Shown here: piece after piece, positions 39,151-54,087 of the stretch
How the letters are laid out: each line of letters begins with the position of its first letter
Position numbering within the stretch: the first letter of the stretch is position 1
From: Octopus sinensis
Lineage: Eukaryota
Length of the DNA stretch: 64,000 bases
NCBI RefSeq assembly: GCF_006345805.1
Contig: NC_043011.1
Span: 36,778,464-36,842,463 of the forward strand
Direction of reading: 5' to 3'
Made by a program: the position numbers and the translations under genes
The notes under the pieces: model-generated
The model's input: the letters and a program-made list of their open reading frames with translations, nothing else
Database searches by the model: none
What the model was told of the DNA's origin: nothing

Positions 39151-40530
39151 CATCATATTCGACAGAGTAAATATAATGACATGATTCTAAAATATGTCTG
39201 CCACATATCACTTAGATCTGTTTTACTGTATACGACAGAGCCACAGATGGCTGAATCTAATGAAGTCGCTACAGGATAGGCAGTAGCGGGGCCATGGTTT
39301 ACAATAAAGCATCAATGTTTAATTCTGAATCTGGTTAAAAGATTGAATTTGCAAACAGCCTAAGTCTTCAATATGTAAGTGGGACAAATCTCCATAATTG
39401 ATAAGCGTTTCATTAGCTGGTGGAGCTGAATTTAAAATACCTCAAAGAATCATTTGAATAAAGGCAGATTTCGAAGGATTTATATTTTAGAAAACAAAAA
39501 ATATTGACTAATACACAGTTTTCAAATGTTAAAATTGTAAAAGTAGGACATGTCTCTTCAAACTCATTATATCAGTAAACGTTTTAATATGACATTAAAT
39601 TAAAATTTCAACTAATGGAACTCAATTTAATTAGGTTTCAGCTCCAATATTCAATTTCTTCATTCCACAGGTGAATAACTTCACCAAAATTGCTATTTTT
39701 CTCTTTACAAAAATTACATGAAATCAGTGTATTAAAATACATTTTCTCTAAATGTAATGAATTATAAATGGAATATGGATCTTCATTGGTTACGACGATG
39801 AGTGATCCAGGTAATTGCTCATTATAAAGGTCAACTCCTTAATGAATTAATATTTAATTTCGATGAGTATTCCACAGAGATGTGTGCTGTACCCTTAACG
39901 TAATCCCCATGGAGAATGTGTGTAACTCTAAGTGACAAACTGGACCTCTGAATGGCAGGTACAAATAATCTGACGCATTACTAAATAATATCCGTCCATG
40001 CAATTTCAATCATAAACCATGAATTGACTGGAGGCTTGGAAAAAATATTTGTTCAAGATGCTATGCTTTATGATCGAAAAACGAAGCCTTGTTACTTAGA
40101 AACAATATATTCTCTTATATTCAATGAAATGGCAGAGTCGTTAGAACGATGGCTAAAGTGCTTCGCGATATTTGTTTGGTGTCTATACGAAGTAAGTTCA
40201 ATCACGCTGAGGTCAACTTTGTAATTCATACCATCGTGGTTGATAAAATAGTTTACCAATCTAACGCGGGGTATTGGCATTAGAGAAAGAACATCGTATG
40301 CGATGTCTTGTGGTATTATTCCACTTCTTCGCATTGAGTTCAAATCCCGACATGGTTGTTATACTTTATCCATTGTCCAGTTTAACACCACCACCTAAGA
40401 CGTTGCGTATCTTTAGTGCAGCCTACCCAGTGGCAAGAATTCCAGCCAGGTCTTCCATTAAGATGTACCAGTGGTTCCAACTTGGGGTCCGCAGACACCT
40501 TGGTTGTCTGCAAGCTAAATTCAAAATTTC

Positions 40531-40616
<86 letters not shown>

Positions 40617-40675
40617 TGCATGTATATATAGATGCATATATATTTTTTATATATGCGTGTATATATATATATATA

Positions 40676-40858
40676 TAAAGTTGAAATTTACAGAAAAACA
40701 AAAGACGACGACAGGTGTATAAACAACAAGCCGATGTATTAGTTTGACGATCGGAAATTAGAAAAGTCTTTTACGTTTTGAGCCTACGCTCTTCAACAGG
40801 AAAGAATGAGAGAAAACAAATAGAGAGAATGAAACAAACTTGTGAACTTAGCGATCAT
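40676..40858 (-). mobile_element. ~185 bp non-coding repeat with hammerhead-like motif (copy 1)
   Basis: The minus strand reads CTGTTGA-a-gagc-gtag-gctc-AAAA-cgt-a-aaag; homologous to 49358-49548 and 61554-61742; abuts (TA)n. Confidence 0.75.
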
Positions 40859-41339
40859 ATATGATATATATACGCGTAATGATAAGCATATTAAAAGGGA
40901 CTCGTGAGAAAACTCATTTAGATAAAAGGTTAAGAACCACTGTTGAGAACTACTGTGAAAATGTGTGGATCCACTGGGATATACCTTTCTCAACGAAAGC
41001 CAGTGTGGACATTGCATCCGCTTTCTGCTTCGTGGGTAGTGACATGTCATTCATATGTTGGTATCTTTTGCTTTTATGTATTTGCTTTCCGCTTAAAATT
41101 TATAACGCGTTTCCCTAATATGGAAACTGCTTCGTTTGACCACATCCAGTCGGCGGGCGTTTAGATGACAATAACCGGATAATAATATTAAGTGGAAAAT
41201 GTAACTACGTAATGCATTTGAGAACCACACTTCTTGAAGGCAGTAGCAACCAGATAAAGTAATCCCTGATAATAATAAGTACATATATATATATACGAGA
41301 CGCTTTTATACATCTCAAAAGGTATTGATGCCATTTAAC

Positions 41340-41396
41340 ATGATTCGTTTTGTCGTTGTATTTATGAACCCCTGTGACTAATAATGTGTAATTATG

Positions 41397-41450
<54 letters not shown>

Positions 41451-41620
41451 GAGTAATAGAGCAGTGCATGCCATGAAAGTGACACTGGGGTAAAATATAC
41501 GAAGCCCAGTATACTCATCATGACTACCCGTGTGATAAATGTACACCAGGCACATGCATCACAACCCATATGTGCGCGACATTGTGATCTCATATCAAGA
41601 TAAACAGCACGTGACCTTAT
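41340..41620 (-). mobile_element. Bipartite (TAA)n-associated element: segment X, then (TAA)n, then segment Y
   Basis: X (41451-41620) and Y (41362-41396) both recur at 57850-58001. Confidence 0.75.
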
Positions 41621-41630
41621 TAATATTGTT

Positions 41631-41667
<37 letters not shown>

Positions 41668-42240
41668 CATTATTATCATTTTGGTAAAACAGATGTTTGT
41701 CTTCCTCTTCGTCTTCTCTTCTAAATTTCTCTCTTCTTCTCATTCTCATGAAACCTCAAAGAGATCAGAGGTTGCGTTCTATGTGTATCATAGTAACATG
41801 TGCGACAATAAAACGGTGTTTACCGATACAACATTTTTGTTATTATATTTCATACTATATATTTTTATTCATATATTTTCATATTCATTTCGATACTTAT
41901 TGGTCCAACCGTTCCTCATTTCCAGCTGCCCATAAAACTCTTGCGCATAATCTCAGCCAAATCATATACCCACCTCCTTTAATTACTCTAACGTTTCCTC
42001 CCTCTTACTCTTTCTATCTAAATATCTATCCATTTTCTATCTCTCCCTCATTCTCTCTGGCTGTAACTTTGTCTCTCTCGCTCGCTCCAGCTTTGTCATA
42101 ACTATACAACTACAGTTTCTTTTTTTTACTACTTATAATATGTGATCCAATATTTCGGAGCATATATGCTAGTATTATATGTTTATATGTATATATATAT
42201 ACATATATATTTATATATATCTATATTATATATATAATGC

Positions 42241-42271
<31 letters not shown>

Positions 42272-42281
42272 TATATATATA

Positions 42282-42322
<41 letters not shown>

Positions 42323-42647
42323 TGTATATATATACATATATATATCTAATATTATGTATATATTGTATACATATATACATAAATATACGCTATATATTTA
42401 TGCATATATGACGTATATATATATCTGTCTGTTAATCTATATATATTTATTCATACATATATATATATGTGTGTGAGTGTGTTGTGTGTATACTTATTCA
42501 TATACATTATATCTTATATTTTATATATATATGTGTATAGACTCATATATATGCATATATATATAATACACACACATACACACACATATATAAATTCACA
42601 TAAACATAAATTACTTTTAGTTATATATGTATATATATATATATAAC

Positions 42648-42696
<49 letters not shown>

Positions 42697-43468
42697 AGGC
42701 CTAATAATATTATATATATATGCGCGTATATATGTGTGTGTGAGTGTGTGTGTATCGATATGCATTCATCTATTGTTCTTTCTTTTTTGTATTGTTTACT
42801 TTCATTATTTCTTTGTCTCATTTTGTTTCATTTTTTCCCCGGTGCACATAAATTGTTGTAAATTCATTAAATACTTACCTACAGTGGGAGAAATTGCCAT
42901 CAAAACAATATTGATTCTGTTTGAACGAGAAACAATGTATGAAGAGAAGAGGTGATATTGCAAAAAATAAATGAATGAATAAAATAAGATACAGTAATGC
43001 ATAAAATGAAAGAAAAAAGGAAATTAAAAATGTACAAAGGCATAAGTTTAACATAGAACATGAGTAAAAGGGAAAACAAAATTATTGGCTCTGGTTTTCG
43101 AGATACATTTTATTCCATAAAAATGAAAACCATGAAGATATATATATACGGGGAAAAATGTGAGTCATAAAGACGTAGTCATTTGTAATGAAAACAAAAG
43201 TATTAGATTATGAAGAATTTGACAAGGCCGTGTACAAACAATTACATATATATGCACTTATACATACACACATATATACATATATTCATGCAAATATACA
43301 CACATTCGTATATAGGTACATACATACACACGCACACATAAATGCGTACATATACAAATACATGTATACATATAAATGATATAGGTATGAATGCAAGTTA
43401 CATCTATATATATATGTATATACACATGCACACACACAACACACACACACACACACACACACATATAA

Positions 43469-43512
<44 letters not shown>

Positions 43513-43761
43513 ATTTATATATCTGAGTCTATAGGGTTTAAACACACAGAGGTGACGCTTTACAAGCTAGAAAAGGCATTCAGACCAAACAACGAAATAG
43601 TAGTTCCAAAGACAATGAAAACAAATGTTATTTATAGTTAATCCCAGACTCGAGAAAATTTATTCTAAATAATTTTATTTCATCCTTTTTCACAATATTT
43701 TCATAATAATTTTCACGGTATAATATATATATATATATATATGATAATAATAATAATAATA

Positions 43762-43802
<41 letters not shown>

Positions 43803-45310
43803 GTAGAGTGTATGACTCCAAACTTACAGGGAAAAATTTGATTTAGGATTAAATCAAATTTCACAGTATAAATATATAAAATATATAAAAGATGTCTAAC
43901 ACAACATATAATCGTATCTCAATGTCATATATTTACATATATATCAGTATTTATATATGAAAAAAAAAATATATATTAAATCTATATGTATGTATATGTA
44001 TATATGTATATGTATGTAAATGTGTCCACATTCCTCACATAATTTTGATGTTTTCTACCACACATCTTCCATTGAGTGTTTGTGCCCCTGTGGCTAAAAT
44101 GTTACAGAATATTTTTGGCTAGATAATGTGGGAGAGAGAGAGAGAGGAAGCGAGAAGGAGCAAGAGAGCAGCGTTTATTTGTATGCGCGTATACAAATCT
44201 GTTTGAATATATTCGTGCTTGTGAGAGAGTATGACAGTCCAAGAATATGAAAATACGTTTGAAACATGCGTTATGTAACGGTATGCAATGTAAGCTCCTG
44301 CGATCATCGAGCTTTTAGATACTTCGGTTGACATTTGCTAAAATTACTTATAAAGCGACGTGAAAGGGAATTAATGGCAGTCAGCGCACTCAAAAGTCTT
44401 TGAATAATCTCCACCGATTTCGATAATATCATATGCAATAGGATACGGACAATGATAGAAAGAGAGGGAACAAGATATTATTTTGGTAATTTACAATTAG
44501 AATTTTAATCTTTTGCTAAGTTTTACGCTGCGTTCATTTCTTTCATAGTAAAAAATTATTCCAGTTATTTTCTAGTAGGGTTTCTAACCAGATAAGCGAT
44601 GAGTTTTACAAAGGGCTACGAGCTGTGTGAGAAGAAGAAGTATAGAATAAGATGAAGTGAAACTATAACAGGCAGATTGCGGTATACCGTTTACATGTAA
44701 AGATTATATATTTGTTGAGTCAGTTTAAATGGCACTAGACTTTCATGATGAGAAAGTCAAGCGGTCAAAAAACAAATACCCAAATCAATGCGGCTTGTAA
44801 TGTATCAGGTAATATCTTGTTCACTGAATAATATATAGATTCATAATGAAATAGGGAAAAACCTTTTTAACGTTTGAAGTATCAGAAGCCAATCCATGAA
44901 ACGTTTACATGGCAACTACGTCAGAGTAGATTTTGCTTAGCAAAGTTTTACTCAGACTCAAAATTTTAGCTGAGAATAGCAAACTAATGAAGCATTTGCC
45001 ATTTGTTGGCGTTTAAAATGGTACTCGATGCTTCTATTTGGCTCTTTCTACAGATTAAAATCTATTTGGATGAATGCAGAATGATTCATTTGAGTAGTAA
45101 ATGTTGATCATAGCTGCAAAAGCCTAAAGCATGATCTCTCTCCAATTACTGAAATTAATCAGCATGTATATTTGGCTCTGGTCACGGATTAAATCAATCA
45201 CTATTGTTGTTTAAGGAAACGGAAAATACACACACACACACACACTCATATATATATGCTCAGAAATACATTTGTCTAATTTTATATGCATAAATTTCCT
45301 AATATATATG

Positions 45311-45352
<42 letters not shown>

Positions 45353-45683
45353 TATATATAAATATAAATATATGTGTGTATATATATATATATGCACACA
45401 TATATATGGTGATGCAAGCATACTAATACTTTAATTAAGATAATTTTCCTGTGTGCATAGTACCGGCAGTGATTTGGGAGATCTGCTGTCGCTTACTTGC
45501 AAAATTCACACCCATTGACACCACTTTCAGCCACCTTTTAATAAATATGTTTCTTTTACCGTCTTCTTTGTAAATTTATCACTGATGTTCAATTCAATGT
45601 TCTTTGTAATACATATAATATCAACGATTAAGTGCAGAAACACACACACATACACGCGCGCGGTCATATATACATGTATGTGT

Positions 45684-45742
<59 letters not shown>

Positions 45743-46623
45743 ATATATATATAATCTATGTATGTGTATATACGCGCACACATATATATATATGTATATA
45801 TATGTATTAATTTATATCGCTTATATGTGTCCATATTTTAAAATATAATAATCGACATATATACATTATATATATATCTATATATATAGATGTGTGTATG
45901 TGTGTGAGTTTGTGTGTGTGTGTATGTATGTATTTGCTATGAATTATGTATATATGCGTATGTGTATGAACGTGTGTGTATTTGTATGTTTGTGTAGATA
46001 TATTTAGATATCTATGTACATTTCTACGAAGATTAATTAGTGGAGTAAAGCATGGCATTGTTTATATCCGACATCAAAAACGTTCATTAAGCAATTATTT
46101 TAAATTACATATATTTAATTACATAAGAGAAATGATATTCATAGTTCTTTATAGTAAGTATAAGGTGGGGGTTTTTATTCTAAAATAAGCAGTTTCGCAA
46201 TTCTGTGTTTAATTCTACTTTATCTACTTTTAACAGTTTCCACAAGTGCTTTGATTACGTTATTTCATCACTTTTCCTTTCTACTATTTTCTTTGAAGTG
46301 AAACTTCATCTCTCTCTCTCTCTCTCTATTTTGTTATACGTACAAGGTTATTATGTCTCATCACATACGTATAGACACACACATACACACACACAAATAT
46401 ATATATATACATACATGTATATATATGTATGTATATATATGTATATGTATGTATATATATATATATATATATATATGTCTATATATGTATATAAATATGT
46501 CTATATATATATATATATATTTGTATATGTATACACATACATATATATACACATATATATACACATATATACATACATATATATATACATATATATATAC
46601 ATATATATACAAATATGTATATA

Positions 46624-46629
<6 letters not shown>

Positions 46630-46659
<30 letters not shown>

Positions 46660-46660
46660 T

Positions 46661-46742
<82 letters not shown>

Positions 46743-46755
46743 GAGATAGATAGAT
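46630..46755. repeat. (TATG)n-(GATA)n compound microsatellite
   Basis: Direct reading; preceded by mixed (TA)/(CA) arrays from 46370. Confidence 0.95.
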
Positions 46756-47875
46756 ATGAACATACCCATCTCATATTTTGGCTAAGTTTAATCAGTGAAG
46801 CGGTAGGAATTATGTACATGTATTAATTTTATGTTTCTTTAATATTTTGATTAAGCAATTATTCAATAAACATATATATTAAGCTTCATGTGTGAAGTAA
46901 AGTTATTATTTCATTATAAAATCTATGAGGTCTTTTATTACACCTTTTAATATTATGTTTCAGCTATGTTTCATAATTGAAGCAAAAGCTATTCAGTACA
47001 CACACCCACACAAACTCACACACTTATGTATGTATGTATGTATGTATGTATGTATATATTTGTATACATATGGTATATACACCGTTAATAATAGTCCATG
47101 CGGCAGCACGGTAGTATCAAAACATTGAAGTAATAAACAGACGGACTTTTGTGATTCGAATGTAGATATTTATAAAGATAAATGCACATAATTTTCTCAG
47201 TTTAAGTACACCATCATCGTCGTCGTTGCCTTCGTCATCGTCATCGTCATCGTCGTCATCCTCATCATGATCATCATTATCACCAGCGTCATTATAATCA
47301 TTTATATCGATACCATAATTCTTATTAATATATTTTGGTAATATTTTACTAGAATCGGTAAAATATTAAGAAAAAGTTAGATTTTCATTTAACAAGTATC
47401 CATTACATTCTGTGTCCAAATCCCAACGAGATCATCATGTGGTGGAGAACAGTTCACACGTGTGCTGAGGCTAACCAAAGGATTTTAGATTTAGATATAT
47501 CTGAGGTATTTATACGTACACATGACTTTTGCTTCGGCTTTTTTTTCCATGGGCGCATGTAAGTATTTCATATGTTTCTATTCGTATTTTCTACTGAAGA
47601 AGAAAAATTTTATTATGAGATTAATACCGAAATTGATTCAATATAGAAATAACGAACTTTTAAAAAAAAATTCTGTTGGCTAGCGTGCCTCGATTTCTAT
47701 AATGGGTATAATAATATGTGGAAATTGACGATTTAAAAGTCTGTTATCAGCATATTGGCATAGAAATAATTTTCTTTTGCCCTTGTTTATAAGTTGTTCA
47801 AAATTTTAACCTTTAAAGATATTCTAACATGCTGCCACTTTTTTGATGAAATTTTTTATTTGAAAGAACTTCATG

Positions 47876-47961
<86 letters not shown>

Positions 47962-48840
47962 ATATATATATATAGAAAATAGTAAAAAGTGAAAAAAACT
48001 ACAGAAGGCTTAAAGGTTAAAAAATATCTATTTGAGTCAATATGTCTGAAGAATATTAAAATTTTTATTTTTACAATGACATAGTTTAGAAGAAAGACCG
48101 GTTTCGCGTTTAGCTTTTCAAATTTCTAACGTCGTTATGTTTATGTTGAACAGAGTTATCGTTATGCTTATGTTTAAAAGAGTTCTAAATAAGAGTTCTA
48201 ATATATATATATATATGAAAAGATGAATGGAAAACAAAAACAAGGAATAACCCAATATATACCTGAATAGTAGATATCCGATTCTTTAACAATACCGAAT
48301 GTAAAATGTTTGTAGCAAACAAACATAGCAACAAATTATAATCTGCGAAGAATACATAAGATATAAAATCCTAAATGGAGACCGCAAGCCTGGAATAAAA
48401 ACAAAGCGGTAGGAAAAGACAAAGAAGCCCATGATTAAGATAATCAAATACGACAGAAAGGGGGAAACCGACTGGGACTGAACAAAGAGGTTTACGGTAA
48501 TAGCTGAATGAAAGGAGCTAAAGAAGAACGCTTTACGTCAACAAAAAATGACTTAAAATTATTGACTTTAAATTAAATATATTCTTGAAATATGAATATT
48601 TTTTTGTCTTTTCTCTATTATTTCCTTTGTTTCACAATATAAGATTCAGTTTGGAGTACGGCGTTCAACCGATGAAATCTTTTATACAAGTATACGTTTA
48701 AAAATTACAGACATAAATTCATAAAGACTTAATACACATACATACATACATACATACATACATACATACATACATACACACAACATACATACATACATAC
48801 ATACATACATACATACATACATACATACATACATGTATAT

Positions 48841-49082
48841 ATTTTATCTTTTATCTTTCACTGGTTTCAGCCCAGGGCTGAGGTGAAGCTGGCGAACCAC
48901 CTGTAGTTACTCGTTGTTGTTTCCGAATTTCTTTTTTGGTGAAGTATTAAGTTGGACGGAGCTGCTCTTTGCGTCACCTGCCGCGATGTGGTTTCATCTG
49001 GTATGTCAGATAGAAGCCTGTTCAAACGTTCCTTGAAAACGCCATGTACATCTCGGAGATTGCCTGGAAGGATGTTGAACAA
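48841..49082 (-). mobile_element. CR1-group LINE 3' end
   Basis: [36 protein letters not shown], then terminus ggtggttcgccagc..ctgaaaccagtg and an (aaagat)-type tail. Confidence 0.82.
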
Positions 49083-49187
49083 TATATATATATATTTGTA
49101 TGTGTATCCATATACATATATATAAATATATATGTGAGTGTGTGCGTGTGTGTATCCATATGTATATATAAATATATATATATATAC

Positions 49188-49232
<45 letters not shown>

Positions 49233-49357
49233 ATATATATATGCATTCCATCGCGTTCGGTACACAATGTGTTTATTATGGTAGTTTTGACTGTAAGACT
49301 CCCTAATAGCGTGAGGCATTTACGTGTAGCAATGTTCTTCATATATATATATATATA

Positions 49358-49548
49358 GGGAACATTCACAAGAAAAGAAAAGAGGAAGGCAGGTGGTGTA
49401 GACAACAAACAGATGTATTAATTTAAAGCTGGGAAAGTAAAAAAAGTCTTTAACTTTTCGAGCCTACGCTCTTTCGTAGAAAGGAACACAGAAATAAAAG
49501 AGGAGTGAAAAGAAAGAATGTGTAGTGGGTAGCGATCTATCATTGCGA
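49358..49548 (-). mobile_element. Hammerhead-like non-coding repeat (copy 2, core degenerate)
   Basis: The minus strand reads cttt-ctacgaa-a-gagc-gtag-gctc-gaaa-agt-t-aaag; abuts (TA)n. Confidence 0.7.
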
Positions 49549-49626
49549 ATATATATATATAATATATACACTTAGAAATGGATGCATGGCAATCAATCAA
49601 ACAATATATAATATATATATATATAT

Positions 49627-49689
<63 letters not shown>

Positions 49690-49879
49690 GTCTGGTACTG
49701 TACTACTCAATAAACCTGTTCACACTTAGTGTTTGAAAATTTTGAAAAGTTTGAATTTCGAAAACTAAATGAGAATTAACTCTGTAACCTAAGCAACATT
49801 GAATATATTACTCTATATGAATAACCCTACTGTTGACGGAAGGAAAAAAAACTCCAAAGATATCTATATATATATATAT

Positions 49880-49956
<77 letters not shown>

Positions 49957-50352
49957 ATTGTCTACATATATACAATATACAAATCGATACGCGCACACAC
50001 ACACACACACACACACTCACATATATGTATGTAAAACCGTAAACACGAATACACACGCACGTCTTTGATGCTGACTAATATATTTTTTTTTTTGCGACTT
50101 TGGAAAAATAGTTTCTATTTTCATTGAAACTATTGTCAGATGGTTTATGGATGGATGAAACTTTGATATGTACTATTGTTAAGTCAAATGATAAATACTT
50201 TCAGAGAAGGAAACATTTCTTTAGTTAATTATTTATAGCGAAAATCTTCAGCTCGACAACAACATTAACAACAACTAAACAATAATAACAATATATTCCA
50301 CTATTTCAACAATAGCAGTAACTTTATCGATCCATATGTGTTTCTGTCTGTG

Positions 50353-50414
<62 letters not shown>

Positions 50415-50584
50415 CCTATCTATCTATCTATCTATCTGCCTGTATGTCTTTCTATATGTCTGTCTATCTATCTATCTGTCTATCTATATGTATATATAAA
50501 TGTATGTGTATATATATATGTATGTATATACATATTATATTCATACATTTATATATATATGTATATATACATATATATTCATAA

Positions 50585-50632
<48 letters not shown>

Positions 50633-50649
50633 GCATATTATATTCATAA

Positions 50650-50685
<36 letters not shown>

Positions 50686-50709
50686 TATATTTATAAATTT
50701 ATATATATA

Positions 50710-50779
<70 letters not shown>

Positions 50780-51269
50780 TTGTGTGTGTATAAACTCATG
50801 CATTTATATATATATATTTATGTATAAAAATATATCTATCCATACATATATATGTGTGTATATACTCATACATCCATTGATATATATATATATACAGATA
50901 CATATACGTATATATATATATTAATATGTGTGCGTGTGTGTGTGTTTGCATGCATGTATGTCAACCCAACAACGCCCAAAAGTATTGATAACCACTAATA
51001 TGATAATTTTTTTTTTATATTTTGAAATGGATAATAATTTATACAATATGGTCTCATTGTTTGAAAACTGATAACAGTTATATTTTCGTATAAAACTTTA
51101 TATCTTCCTATTTGTGTATTCTTGTGTATGCGTTTCATTTATAAGTGCGTCTGTGTTTTTAATATCTGTGAATCTGGATATTTATAGATGAGATGACTCT
51201 TAAATAGTGTGCGACCGCTTGTCTCTGCAAAAGTTTCCGTGAAATAGATAAAGTTGCAGAGAGATAGAG

Positions 51270-51305
<36 letters not shown>

Positions 51306-52109
51306 CAAAGTAAGACAAACAGACAGACTGTATGTGTATTTCATGTATGTGTAGAGTCTAGTATATGGTTTGTGTATTTCTGAGGATAGTATACTGTACG
51401 TGTAGTATGCTTTAAGTTTGAGATCGTGTGTGAATCGTATATGTTCGCAAACACAAACACACACACGCACACACACACACATTCATACGCACTCGCTCGC
51501 ACACAGGCATACATTCAAATACACACATATATATATATAAATATGATTACATCGTGTTTTGTGTATATATACATACATGTATATGTATATTATTATATAA
51601 AAGTATATTGATATTTTAAATTATCTATCTTTATCATCCTCTCTCTCTCACTATATATATATTCAGATGTGTGATAAATTCGCTATGTTTTCCATTTATT
51701 TTATTCCTTATTTTTCAAAAATCGACTTTAACAAATCAGTGAGATCTACCGTTAAAGCACTGACAATCTAGTGGAATTTTGGCAAGGATTCCTGAACAAT
51801 GAATGAGCAATATATCATAGACTAATTCTTTTCAAATTATTTTTCATTGTTGATGAAGAATAAGGATTAAAATAAATGATAGGGGAAAACGAACGAATTT
51901 AGCTGACAATCCAATGAAGAAATATATATTAATGAATATATACTTTTATACACAACGCAAATCAGATAAAACAAAAAAAAAATTTTAAACGCCTGTCTTT
52001 GGATTTAGGAAGAAGTATCTAATCATATAACATCTATAATTTGCTGTGTAAACAAAGAAACGGTGTCAGAAAGATGTGCGCTGCATGAAGGTTTTGTAAT
52101 ATCGGTTTA

Positions 52110-53352
52110 GAATTTTGGCACAAGGCCAGAAATGTCGGTAAGTCGATTACATCATGCTAGTACTCAATTTATACTTAATTTATTTTATCAACCTCGAAAC
52201 GAATGAAAGGCAAATTTGTCGTTGGTGTAATTTGAACTCAGGATTAGAAACGGACGAAATGCCGTAAAGCATTTTGCCCGGCGTGCGAACGATTCGGCCA
52301 TCTTGCCGCCTTTTTTGTATTATTTAAATATATGTAAGGTTACAAGATGTCTGAATCATTAATACGACGTGGTAAAGGGTGTCTTCTGGCATTGCGTCCG
52401 TCTTCACTGTCTGAGTGTATGTTCCGGCGTTGTCGACTTTGCCTTTCAATTTCATTATTCCTGGTATAAGGTGCAGTTGGCACTGGATCAATGTAACACC
52501 CTTCCTCCAAAATTGTTATTTTTATGTCAAAATTTGTAACTAATATTTGCTTATATAATACCTATTTCTTTATTACCCACAATGGGGCTAAACACAGAGC
52601 GGACAAACAAGGACAGACATAGGTATTAAGTCGATTACATCGACCCCAGTGCGTAACTGATACTTAATTTATCGACCCCGAAAGGATGAAAGGCAAAGTC
52701 GACCTCGGCGGAATTTGAACTCACAACGTAACGCAGACGAAATACCGCTAAGCATTTCGCCCAGCGTGCTAACGTTTCTGCCAGCTCTCCGCCTTTTTTG
52801 CTTATATAATACCGTGGCCTAATTGCAGAATCGTTAGCACACGCCTATCAAAAAGTTTAGCGGCATTTCATCCGTCTTTACATTTTGAGTTCAAATTTCA
52901 GCGAGGTCATCTTTGCCTTTTATCCTTTCAAGGTCGATAAAATAATTACCACGAGTTCAGGGGACCGAGTTAATTCAGTAGTCCCTGCCTAGAAATTACT
53001 GTTTTTGTTCCAGACCTTGAAAAGCGAATATTCAATTATTTATCATATTTCTTATCTTTAGCATAATTATTTACAAAAGCTAATTTGTCAAATCTCAATT
53101 TAAATGTCATTCAATACCTATTTCTTTACTGCCCACAAAGGGCTAAACACAGAGAGCACAAACAAGGACCGAAAAACGGATTAAGTGGATTATATCGACC
53201 CCAGTGCGTAAGTGGTACTTATTTAATCGACCCCGAAAGGATGAAAGGCAAAGTCGACCTCGGCGGAATTTGAACTCAGAACATAGCGGCAGACAAAATA
53301 CCGCTAAGCATTTCACCCGGCGTGCTAACGATTCTGCCAGCTCGCCGCCTTG
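52110..53352. mobile_element. Cluster of five SINE B copies in alternating orientation
   Basis: (-)52110-52312, (+)52386-52540, (-)52563-52797 with 16-bp TSD ttgcttatataatacc, (+)52815-53030, (-)53119-53352 with 15-bp TSD atgtca[t/c]tcaatacc. Confidence 0.88.
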
Positions 53353-53554
53353 ATGTCACTCAATACCGCTAAGTAGAGAATGATGAATTTCTTATTTCTG
53401 TAAGTAAACGGTTGACAATGGCTTCAAAGTTGTTGATTAGTTGTTTTGTGAAAGTGGCGGAAGTAGCCAAAACGAAACCTCGAAATATTTAATTATGTTG
53501 TTTGGCTCCCTGCATGACCACAGTCAATGATGGAAATGAGTACAATAATAGTTG

Positions 53555-53840
53555 GGAAATGTTTCAGATTTTGGCCCCAAGACATCTGATTTAGGGAGAG
53601 AGGGTTAGTCATGTTAGTCAATTTCAACGACCCCACAACACGACAGGTACTCAAATTAATCGAACCCGAGAGGATAAAAGGTAGAATTTGTATTTGGTGA
53701 GATTTGAAATCGCAACGTAAAGGACCAGGAACGCATGCTGCTAAATATACATACAAGTGGTTTACGTCAACTCTAGTACTTGACTGGTACTATATTCTAT
53801 AACTTAAAATGTCAAGTTGATCCCTGCCGTCCCTGAAATT
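53555..53840 (-). mobile_element. Further degenerate SINE B remnants
   Basis: aggtactcaaattaatcgaacccgagaggataaaaggtag and ctagtacttgactggtac..tgaaatttga. Confidence 0.55.
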
Positions 53841-53976
53841 TGAAAGTAAACAGTTGTAACAAAAAATATACAAAGCGTTTCTAGGACGCTTTAAATATTT
53901 TGCCAACGCTCTTATAATGATGGTGATGATGATGATGATGATGATGATGACGATAGTAGTAATAATAATAATAATA

Positions 53977-54012
<36 letters not shown>

Positions 54013-54029
54013 TATTAATAATAATAATG

Positions 54030-54087
<58 letters not shown>

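Noticed and set aside
52110-53840. Regularly recurring gtcgacctcggcggaatttgaactc as a CRISPR-like array
   Set aside because: The repeats are parts of ~200 bp SINE copies in mixed orientation, with no unique spacers and no cas genes, in eukaryotic DNA.
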